A stretch of DNA of 64,000 nt from an uncultured Prochlorococcus sp. Lineage in GTDB: Bacteria; Cyanobacteriota; Cyanobacteriia; PCC-6307; Cyanobiaceae. The DNA lies in NCBI GenBank assembly GCA_902590355.1, contig CACIWI010000001.1:1723-65722 (forward strand). The letters run 5' to 3'. The notes beneath the pieces are model-generated. The model did no database searches. It saw nothing but the letters and a program-made list of their open reading frames with translations, and was not told where the DNA came from. The translations under genes and the position numbers were made by a program. Shown here in pieces: positions 9,275 through 16,594 of the stretch. Positions within the stretch are counted from its first letter, which is position 1. Each line of letters begins with the position of its first letter.

Positions 9275-9457
9275 TTAATAATCTTCGTTGTAATCGGATG
9301 GACTACCAGTTAAAGAACAAACAACTGATTCCTCTTTTTTCATTTCTTTTATTTCCATTATTGGTCTGCCCATTTTCTTAAGAACATCTATATCTTCTTT
9401 AGTCTGACAGCGAGCAATTATGTTTCCTTTTTGATCAAAGCAACTGTAGTAAGTCAT
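9275..9457 (-). CDS. small conserved-looking hypothetical protein
   Basis: 60 aa, MTYYSCFD...VVCSLTGSPSDYNEDY. Confidence 0.6.
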   Translation of the reverse strand: MTYYSCFDQKGNIIARCQTKEDIDVLKKMGRPIMEIKEMKKEESVVCSLTGSPSDYNEDY

Positions 9458-9684
9458 TTTATTAAATGCAATTTAAAGTTTATGATTGATTTCAGTTGTA
9501 GCAATGCAACCGACTCATGACAACCATATTTCTAATTTAGGTCAGCCATAGATTTAAATGACTAAAAAAACATACCTCTTTCCGTACCTAAATGTTCCTC
9601 AAACCGCACACATTAGATACGCAGTATTTTAGTCAAATCAATTAGAACAAAGATGTAGCTAAACAAATATACAAAGGAGAATTT

Positions 9685-9822
9685 ATGAGTGGAGATTTCG
9701 AAACACTTGAAATTAATCAACCAAAAATTACATATCTAAAACAAGATGACAATACAGAATGGATAGAAAAATTAATCAAGAATATTGAAGATATGAAAAA
9801 CAAGTTATCAAGAGATTCTTAG
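9685..9822 (+). CDS. small hypothetical protein (45 aa, MSGDF...NQPKI)
   Basis: Hand-translated; AAGGAG RBS; preceded by the conserved 33-bp element. Confidence 0.6.
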   Translation: MSGDFETLEINQPKITYLKQDDNTEWIEKLIKNIEDMKNKLSRDS

Positions 9823-9883
9823 TCATTAAATAAAAAAGGGGCTGAAAATTACCAACCCCCCAAAAGTCTTAGTAAGCTTTTCG

Positions 9884-10012
9884 TTAGAAAATACCTGGAA
9901 CAATTTGACCTGTAAAATAGTAAGCCCCTATTAGGGCAAACATTCCAAGCATTGCAGCTTTACCGTTAAGCTTTTCAGCTTTCTCAGTCATGAATTTTTT
10001 AAAGAATTCCAT
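9884..10012 (-). CDS. hli: high-light inducible protein
   Basis: AEKLNGKAAMLG...TGQIVPGIF. Confidence 0.92.
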   Translation of the reverse strand: MEFFKKFMTEKAEKLNGKAAMLGMFALIGAYYFTGQIVPGIF

Positions 10013-10039
10013 AATTATGCGAGATAGATTTATATATAC

Positions 10040-10082
10040 AAGTTAATTATTCCTAATAGGTAATTGATGTAGTGTTTCCTAC
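10040..10082 (-). promoter_or_regulatory. NtcA-type promoter for hli
   Basis: GTA-N8-TAC at 10069-10082, 23 nt from TAACTT (-10) on the minus strand. Confidence 0.6.
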
Positions 10083-10514
10083 CTAAACTACATTTTTTCT
10101 AAGAATTTTATTTTTAATTAATAATTTTCAAAATTTAAGAAAGAAACTTTTTTATTTGATCTTTAGTTTGAATGAGAAGCAATTCAAAAAAGAATCTAAA
10201 TTTTGTATTTAAGGTAACCGCTTTTTTGTGAGCATTATTCAGAATAAGATTCCGACTATTTTTTTATGCAAAAAAATTTAGATGAAAATTCTTATGAAAA
10301 AAGAATTGAAAATATAGAAAAAGGAAAATCTTATTTAAAAAGTAATGGATTTTTTAAATCAAAATCTAATCTATTCGAAGACATACAAAGATTTATCTAT
10401 AAAAGGTAATTTAAAAAAAAATTTTTCTATTCACACTTTATTCGCACTTTTAATTGATTTAAAGTCGATCTAACGTAGAGGGATTAAAACCTCTTTCTTA
10501 ATTATTTCTTCCTG

Positions 10515-10733
10515 TTATTCTGCTTCTTCTTTAACTTCACTTGCGTTTACCTCTTCCGCTTTTACTTCCTCTTCTTTAACTTCAACTAATTTTACCTTTG
10601 GCTCTTCCGCTTTAACTTCAACTACTTTTGATGCTATAGATTCAAACTTTCCTTTAATAAAATTTACTATGAAGATTAATATTGGAACATGGGCTAGACC
10701 ACCCATTATCACTTTAGTTTCTGAATAATACAT
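10515..10733 (-). CDS. small protein with TM segment and Glu/Val/Lys low-complexity tail
   Basis: 72 aa ORF; repeated EVKAEE/EVKEE units. Confidence 0.55.
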   Translation of the reverse strand: MYYSETKVIMGGLAHVPILIFIVNFIKGKFESIASKVVEVKAEEPKVKLVEVKEEEVKAEEVNASEVKEEAE

Positions 10734-11246
10734 TTGTAAGTTAATGAGAACTGAAATATTTAAGCATAAATTTAATTTGATAATTACTTATATTAAGTTG
10801 TTATTAAGGGAAATAATTAATTAACAGTCGATCTAAAATGATGAAATCTTTGATCGTCAACGTCCGCCATTAAATCATATTTTTTTAATTTTTTTGTAAT
10901 CCGCTTATATTCAATATCGTTTATTAAATAAGCTAAATATTTTTCTATAAAATTTATATTGATTTTTAGCTTCAATAGTATCCTTTATTTATTAATAGCT
11001 AATAATTCTCGTTCTAACTTTTTTGATTGATAGTCAATCTAAACTTTTTTATGAACACACTACTCATCACAGAAAGAAAAAAAAGCTCGATTATATTTCT
11101 AGAAGCAAGCTCTCATGAATATGTTTGTTGAAAATTTATACGAACACTTCTGTTGCTGTAGAGATACTTAACACTACAGAAATAAAGAAAATGTAAGGAA
11201 CTACCTTAAAAGGAATATATCCTTGGCGTTTAGAAATAAAGTCCAT

Positions 11247-11402
11247 TTAGACGAATCCAGGAATAATTTGACCTGTTGTTAAATAAGCACCAATAGCAGC
11301 TATGAAGCCAATCATGGCAAATCTGCCGTTGAGCTTTTCTGCCACAACTTTTTCCTTCTCAACTGTTTTTGTTTCGAGAACTTTAACTTTTTTTGAGTTC
11401 AT
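11247..11402 (-). CDS. hli: high-light inducible protein
   Basis: MNSKKVKVLETKTVEKEKVVAEKLNGRFAMIGFIAAIGAYLTTGQIIPGFV. Confidence 0.93.
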   Translation of the reverse strand: MNSKKVKVLETKTVEKEKVVAEKLNGRFAMIGFIAAIGAYLTTGQIIPGFV

Positions 11403-11418
11403 AAGAAAAATAGATTGC

Positions 11419-11436
11419 TATGTAAATAAATATAAC
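11419..11436 (-). promoter_or_regulatory. HLR1-like (RpaB) site
   Basis: GTTATATT-TA-TTTACATA upstream of hli; one mismatch to HLR1. Confidence 0.55.
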
Positions 11437-11574
11437 ATTAATATTACTTACTGTAAAGAAATAATGCTATTTATCTTTGATTTTAGATATATTAACACAA
11501 TCCTGTCACAGCTATGAGTCAAAATATCAATATCCTTTATGTAATTACCCTTTCAAAAATTTTCCCTTTCAGAA

Positions 11575-11614
11575 GCGGACTAATCCTTCGTGGAGTTTAT
11601 GGACCTTAGTCCGC
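11575..11614 (-). ncRNA. conserved hairpin element copy 1 (candidate sRNA)
   Basis: GCGGACTAA...TTAGTCCGC stem, conserved loop; also at 19439 and 62429. Confidence 0.5.
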
Positions 11615-11790
11615 AATGTATCTATGGCCTTTTATTTAAGATCATAAGATAAGGAAAGTTTAAAAATTTTTTTTGATAACGAAACCTCCCTATTTTTGGG
11701 CAAGAAAATACCCTTGCGAGGTTAGATAATGGTGATGAACTGGATTTTTAAAAGGACTCGTTTATATCTTCTTTAATTTTTTTAAAGATC

Positions 11791-12021
11791 TTAGTCGCAA
11801 TACTTTCCAGAGCTAATAAATTCTGAATTTTGTGAAGTAATTCTTTCTAAGTTTTTGTTTAAATTATTAGCTTGATTAGAAGCCGAATAAAATCCAACTG
11901 TTAAAAAAACAAGTGTGATAGAAGTTACGATTGTGCTGAATTGGATAACTCCATCTGCCAGAATAGCTGGAGTTTTTGGAGATAAAATAGCTTTCCCCTC
12001 CTTTACTTTTGATTTTGCCAT
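11791..12021 (-). CDS. hypothetical membrane protein
   Basis: 76 aa ORF, one TM. Confidence 0.5.
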   Translation of the reverse strand: MAKSKVKEGKAILSPKTPAILADGVIQFSTIVTSITLVFLTVGFYSASNQANNLNKNLERITSQNSEFISSGKYCD

Positions 12022-12189
12022 AATGTTAACCTTTACTTAAATTTTTCTTAAGTTATTTTTAATAATAAGTAAAAAAATAATTTGTCAGTTAGTAAATTTA
12101 CTTATTTTGATGAGTCGTTCGAATCGAGAAATCTTAATATTTGCAGACTAGCATTCTTGCTATCAATTAAGTAAATACATTTTTATTTA

Positions 12190-12279
12190 ATGCCATTAGA
12201 CGTATTTCTTATGAATATGTGTGTAATTGTTATAGCTTTACTAATTAGAAGAGAGATAAAATTAAAGAAAGCTAGATAG
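12190..12279 (+). CDS. 29-aa hydrophobic peptide with basic tail
   Basis: MPLDVFLMNMCVIVIALLIRREIKLKKAR. Confidence 0.45.
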   Translation: MPLDVFLMNMCVIVIALLIRREIKLKKAR

Positions 12280-12282
12280 GTC

Positions 12283-12402
12283 ATGAAGACTAAAGTTTTT
12301 AAAGAGCATTACATTCCAAATGTGCATGCTATTACACTTTTACTATTGATGCTTCTATGTCTGTGGTTACCGTTAGGACTCCGATTCTTATTAATAATCT
12401 AA
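12283..12402 (+). CDS. 39-aa hydrophobic peptide
   Basis: MKTKVFKEHYIPNVHAITLLLLMLLCLWLPLGLRFLLII; 3 nt after the previous stop. Confidence 0.35.
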   Translation: MKTKVFKEHYIPNVHAITLLLLMLLCLWLPLGLRFLLII

Positions 12403-12441
12403 AATCCAAGTTATATCACAATAAAATGTAGTTTTAGAAAA

Positions 12442-12696
12442 TTAGAACTTACTTTTTCGTAGCTTATATCCAAAATTCATTAGTTGATTAAATGTAGATT
12501 TTGTTTGTAAAGCGTTAAGAGAAAGACGTTTTTCTTCATTCTTTTGTAAATAAAAAAATCCTTTGTTATCTATGTTTTTCTCAATAGTTACATATTCCTT
12601 TCCTTTCCTTAGAATCCAAGGCTCAAATTGGAAATTATCATCTCCTATTTGATAATCCCATGGATAAATACCATTAGTTTGATTTTTTAGTGACAT
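12442..12696 (-). CDS. hypothetical protein
   Basis: 84 aa ORF. Confidence 0.55.
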   Translation of the reverse strand: MSLKNQTNGIYPWDYQIGDDNFQFEPWILRKGKEYVTIEKNIDNKGFFYLQKNEEKRLSLNALQTKSTFNQLMNFGYKLRKSKF

Positions 12697-12952
12697 ATTA
12701 AATACCTTAACTTCAGTAAAGGCATACTAATACTTTGTGATGGAATTATTGTGTATCTAGAGAGACTGTTATATGTTTCTTTTGTTGTTTTTTCAATCCT
12801 TCACTTATTTGTTATTACAAGCAAAAAAAAAGACTCTTGCGAGCCTAGGTGATGGGGATTTCTATCATGACAAAATAAATGGAAACTTACAACCCCATCA
12901 ATAGGTAAAATTTATTACATACAAACACCATATGTAGTGCTATTATTTTAAA

Positions 12953-13011
12953 AAGGCTGGGTGATGGGGATTATCAAGCTTTTAATCGGACGTATCTTAC
13001 GTCCTTTTTTT
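12953..13011 (+). ncRNA. candidate ~60-nt sRNA
   Basis: GTA-N8-TAC (12905-12918), 22 nt, TATTAT (12941); ends in GGACGTA-tct-TACGTCC plus T tract; no ORF. Confidence 0.5.
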
Positions 13012-13090
13012 GTGGATAAAATAAGCACTTACCTTATTTTTCTTTAATTATTATTAGGAGCAGTAATTAAAAAAAAATATTTTATATTAA

Positions 13091-13267
13091 TCATTTTTTT
13101 TCAGAACCCCCAATAAATATTTTTGAGGTTGACAATAAATAAAATTTTTCATGAAGAGTATTTGAGAATCGTTTTTCTTCGTAATAAAATTTTAAATCAA
13201 GTGGAAAAATATTCTCATCAAACCATTCGTCATATTTTATATAATTATTTTTTGCGAAATAAGACAT
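13091..13267 (-). CDS. small hypothetical protein (MSYFA...YDEWFD family)
   Basis: Paralog of 14957-15091; ATG at 13267. Confidence 0.55.
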   Translation of the reverse strand: MSYFAKNNYIKYDEWFDENIFPLDLKFYYEEKRFSNTLHEKFYLLSTSKIFIGGSEKK

Positions 13268-13365
13268 TTTAAAATGCCCCCTTTTTTTTTCTACCCTTAG
13301 CAACCATTACCACTGGCACTAATAGATATGTAAAGAAAGAGATTAAGAAAATATCTATATTCATT

Positions 13366-13494
13366 TTAAAAAATACCTGGGATGATCCAGCCAAAAAGAC
13401 CGTAGTTTACAACCAATGCGAATAAACCCATCATTGCCATTCTTCCATTGGTTCTCTCGGCATTTTGCCAATAAGTTGGTTTTGAGTTTTCCAT
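13366..13494 (-). CDS. hli: high-light inducible protein
   Basis: MENSKPTYWQNAERTNGRMAMMGLFALVVNYGLFGWIIPGIF (not in the ORF track). Confidence 0.9.
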   Translation of the reverse strand: MENSKPTYWQNAERTNGRMAMMGLFALVVNYGLFGWIIPGIF

Positions 13495-13529
13495 TTTTAA
13501 ATTGTTCGTTAATAAGAGTGATTAAATTT

Positions 13530-13616
13530 TTATAGTGCGTAAGCAATACTTGGTGCTATCGCAGTAGTAATTACTGCAATGCCAAATAGTGATATGGCAA
13601 TTAGATATGTTTTCAT
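13530..13616 (-). CDS. 28-aa hydrophobic peptide
   Basis: MKTYLIAISLFGIAVITTAIAPSIAYAL; ATGA overlap with the upstream ORF. Confidence 0.6.
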   Translation of the reverse strand: MKTYLIAISLFGIAVITTAIAPSIAYAL

Positions 13617-13726
13617 AAGAGTCCTACTTTTCCTGCTGTAATACCCACAGTAAGAAAGAAACCAAACTCTAAAAGGTCTTTAGCACTTGAAGGAACTGAG
13701 TTAAATAAAGATGAGATGAAAATCAT
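13613..13726 (-). CDS. 37-aa membrane peptide
   Basis: MIFISSLFNSVPSSAKDLLEFGFFLTVGITAGKVGLL; RBS-like GAGGA upstream. Confidence 0.65.
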   Translation of the reverse strand: MIFISSLFNSVPSSAKDLLEFGFFLTVGITAGKVGLL

Positions 13727-13741
13727 TTTGATACATGTCCT

Positions 13742-13924
13742 CTAAGCCCCTTGGGGAACATAGTTATACACCGGGGAGATTAATCCGCCGCCATCATCAT
13801 CGTCATCATCATCATTCCATGGCAAATCACTCAACATTAATCCACTAACAAGAAATACTGTTATGACTGGCATAAAAGGAAAAAGTATAGTGTTAATCCA
13901 AGTGTTAATTCCTTCCTCGAGCAT
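13742..13924 (-). CDS. 60-aa TM protein with poly-Asp/GGG tail
   Basis: TAATG-coupled to hli; DDDDDDDGGG motif. Confidence 0.75.
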   Translation of the reverse strand: MLEEGINTWINTILFPFMPVITVFLVSGLMLSDLPWNDDDDDDDGGGLISPVYNYVPQGA

Positions 13925-14058
13925 TACACAAAGCCTGGAATAATTTGTCCTGTTGTTAGATAAGCGCCAATAAGAGCAATAAAGCCCATCATTGCAAATC
14001 TGCCGTTAAGCTTCTCAGCTATAACCTTTTCCTTCTCAACTGTTTTTGTGTTTGTCAT
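13924..14058 (-). CDS. hli: high-light inducible protein
   Basis: MTNTKTVEKEKVIAEKLNGRFAMMGF...TGQIIPGFV; true start 14058. Confidence 0.93.
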   Translation of the reverse strand: MTNTKTVEKEKVIAEKLNGRFAMMGFIALIGAYLTTGQIIPGFV

Positions 14059-14165
14059 TAGAACCAACCAGGAATAATTTGACCAGTTGTTACGTATGCG
14101 CCAACAGCTGCAACGAAACCGAGCATTGCTGCCCAACCGTTAAATCTTTCTGCTTCAGGAGTCAT
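14058..14165 (-). CDS. hli: high-light inducible protein
   Basis: MTPEAERFNGWAAMLGFVAAVGAYVTTGQIIPGWF. Confidence 0.95.
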   Translation of the reverse strand: MTPEAERFNGWAAMLGFVAAVGAYVTTGQIIPGWF

Positions 14166-14182
14166 TTTTATAAAAAGTAATT

Positions 14183-14200
14183 TATGTAAACTAATGTAAC
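14183..14200 (-). promoter_or_regulatory. HLR1 (RpaB) site
   Basis: GTTACATT-AG-TTTACATA matches (G/T)TTACA(T/A)(T/A)-N2 direct repeat, directly upstream of the hli operon. Confidence 0.75.
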
Positions 14201-14388
14201 ATTAATATTAATTAATGTAAAGAAATTAGTCACATATACTTGTATTTATATTAAATCTATACGTTACTGTTACATAATTGTATTTTATGTGTATCTGCGC
14301 AAAATTTTTTAAAGGTTTAGGTCAAGTAGTTTTATAAGACTTCAATTGAAAGTCGATCTAAACTAAGGAGAAATTAGCTCCTTTTTTA

Positions 14389-14772
14389 ATGTCAAATACT
14401 AAAGCCATAGAAGATTTAATTAATGGTTATGCAACCAGTGAAGATTCTTCTTTTCTAATACCTAACGTAACTGAGGATTTTTTGGCTGTAAGACCGAGTG
14501 GAAATCCAATCTCTGCAAAGGGATTAGTAGGAATGTTTGATAGTAAAGACTTAGTTGCAGAATCATCAGAACTAATCAAAACCCACAAGATTGAAATTTA
14601 CGGTGAGATGGCTTACGCAGTTTTTACCTTAAATGAAATCTTTAGTTATAAAGGGAATCAAAATAAAGATCTTTCAACTTACACGTGTATTTTTAAAAAT
14701 GTAAATGGTACTTGGAAATATTCTTGGATGCAAAGATCACAAGGAACTACTGATATGAAAACTTGGGAATAA
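14389..14772 (+). CDS. DUF3804-like (SnoaL/NTF2-fold) protein
   Basis: DFLAVRPSGNPI...FSYKG..NKDL...WKYSWMQRS. Confidence 0.75.
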   Translation: MSNTKAIEDLINGYATSEDSSFLIPNVTEDFLAVRPSGNPISAKGLVGMFDSKDLVAESSELIKTHKIEIYGEMAYAVFTLNEIFSYKGNQNKDLSTYTCIFKNVNGTWKYSWMQRSQGTTDMKTWE

Positions 14773-14956
14773 ATGAAAAAAAAATTATCCGAATTCCCTA
14801 ATCATTTTTTGATTTTAAAATAATATTTTATTTTTTCTTATTCGTATCTTATTTAATTCTTAAAGAAGAGTTCATTAAATCTTTTAAGCTGAAATTAGCT
14901 TCTATATTCTCCTCACACGAAATAGAGAAGCTTTTTCTTTTTGAAATAAATTTGGT

Positions 14957-15091
14957 ATGACTTATTTTGCAGAGCCAAATTACATAGAATATGACCTTTG
15001 GTTTGATTCAAATATTAATGCAGTTGATTTAATTAACTATTCAGATGAAAATACCTTAGACCAATTGATCAGAAAAAATGAAAAACCCTAG
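14957..15091 (+). CDS. small hypothetical protein (44 aa)
   Basis: MTYFAEPNYIEYDLWFDSNI...; paralog of 13091-13267. Confidence 0.55.
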   Translation: MTYFAEPNYIEYDLWFDSNINAVDLINYSDENTLDQLIRKNEKP

Positions 15092-15962
15092 GGGACCAGA
15101 AAATTTGATCTCTTACAACAAGTGATTAAGTTGCAGCATCTTTTTTCGCCCATGTTTTATGTTTTCGGTCTAGATCAGAAACTAAATTTCTTTGATATGT
15201 CAACTTCAAGTGATTTTGAGCTAGCTGATCTTTAGCGACTTTCATATCATTTGAATAAAAATTTAATCGATCTAATTTTATCTCTTTTTTATTTTCCATA
15301 AATCTTTTTTCGAATGTTAAATTTCGATTAATTTATAAAATGCTTTTACAAAAACCCCCTGAAATTTAACTTTTTATTTGGCTTTGCTTAATTCATTCAA
15401 ACAATTAAAGACATTTCTAAGGGATCTGCTGTCCAGCTATAGAAGCCCGCATCCAACCCCTATCTATTAAATTAATCAGCTCTTAATTTTTAACATAAAT
15501 TTGTGAGTTGTCATATTGACGTATGAACAAAGTCTACTTACCCCATACCACCCATGACTTTCCTAAATAGGAACAAGGGTAATAAAACAAATCTCTTCAC
15601 AAGAAAAAGAAACTAATTGCCCCTTATTTTAGATCGACTGTCAATTATTCAATAAATAACGACCACCAGCTATTAGGTGGAAAGAATCGAGTTCATCCTA
15701 TTAGGGGAACACAACAAATCTTATTTAACACAACAAGCTTAGCTGGATATCCCTTAGAGATATCACTTCTAAGTACTACCACTAACTCTTTAACTAGACT
15801 TAAAAGTAATACTATTACTGGGTTTAAAAGCGATAGTCCCCTTTAGAGGAGGAACGATGGCACCCTATAAGGGGGAGGGGGAGAGGAAGACAACAAATAC
15901 ATAAAATCCCCTTTATTAATATCCACTTAATGGATATTCATCAAGCACCTCCACTAACAAGT

Positions 15963-16034
15963 TAAATAGTATTAATAGTGTTAATAGTGTTAATAGTGTT
16001 AATAGTGTTAATACTGTTAATGGTGTTAATAGTG
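15963..16034 (+). repeat. tandem 9-bp repeat (TTAATAGTG) x~8
   Basis: Five exact and three variant units read directly. Confidence 0.95.
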
Positions 16035-16223
16035 TAATTAAGTAATTAAGACGTGGTGGTAAGAGTGATAGTAATTATTAGGGAACATAAGGAAAAATAG
16101 AATAGCTCTAAACTTTTGGGGAAAATTTGTGAGTGTCTTATTTACATGTAGGAATACACGATTGACCCCATGCCACTCCACGAAAACCACTCATAGATAA
16201 CTAACAATCAAAACTTAAAACAA

Positions 16224-16544
16224 ATGGACAGAATACAACAAATAAAAGAAGCACACCCTTGGCTTGACTATGAAGATTTAGTAAAGGTTCTTATCTACCA
16301 TCACCAAGGTTCCTCATGGATCCATAACCTACAAAGAGACAAGCTACAGCAGTCTATGGATGACTTCAGCAAGGTTGTTATATCAAAGAGCAGGAAAGCC
16401 CTTGAACCCTTTGTAGAGTACGTTCTAGACGTGTACTACAACGGTGTAGATGAGTATGGAAATCAGATAGAAGAATCAAGTAGAGAAGAGTCTTTTGAGT
16501 ATAGATGGAATAAAGCAAGAGCTATCCTTTTGAAGAGCAAATAA
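16224..16544 (+). CDS. hypothetical protein (element-associated)
   Basis: 106 aa ORF, no recognised motif. Confidence 0.65.
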   Translation: MDRIQQIKEAHPWLDYEDLVKVLIYHHQGSSWIHNLQRDKLQQSMDDFSKVVISKSRKALEPFVEYVLDVYYNGVDEYGNQIEESSREESFEYRWNKARAILLKSK

Positions 16545-16594
16545 ACTTGTCGTTTTCTATTGCTAAAGTCAAATTTCAGGTAAAGTACCTATCC

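Noticed and set aside
13361-13546. 61-aa ORF, and a suspected frameshift in the underlying hli
   Set aside because: It is an alternate frame of an hli at 13366-13494, which recounts to an intact 43 codons.
13924-14136. 70-aa hli as given in the ORF track
   Set aside because: The extension is an off-frame read of the upstream hli (14058-14165); real start is 14058.
15963-16034. Possible CRISPR array
   Set aside because: Contiguous 9-bp units with no spacers and no cas genes; a simple tandem repeat.
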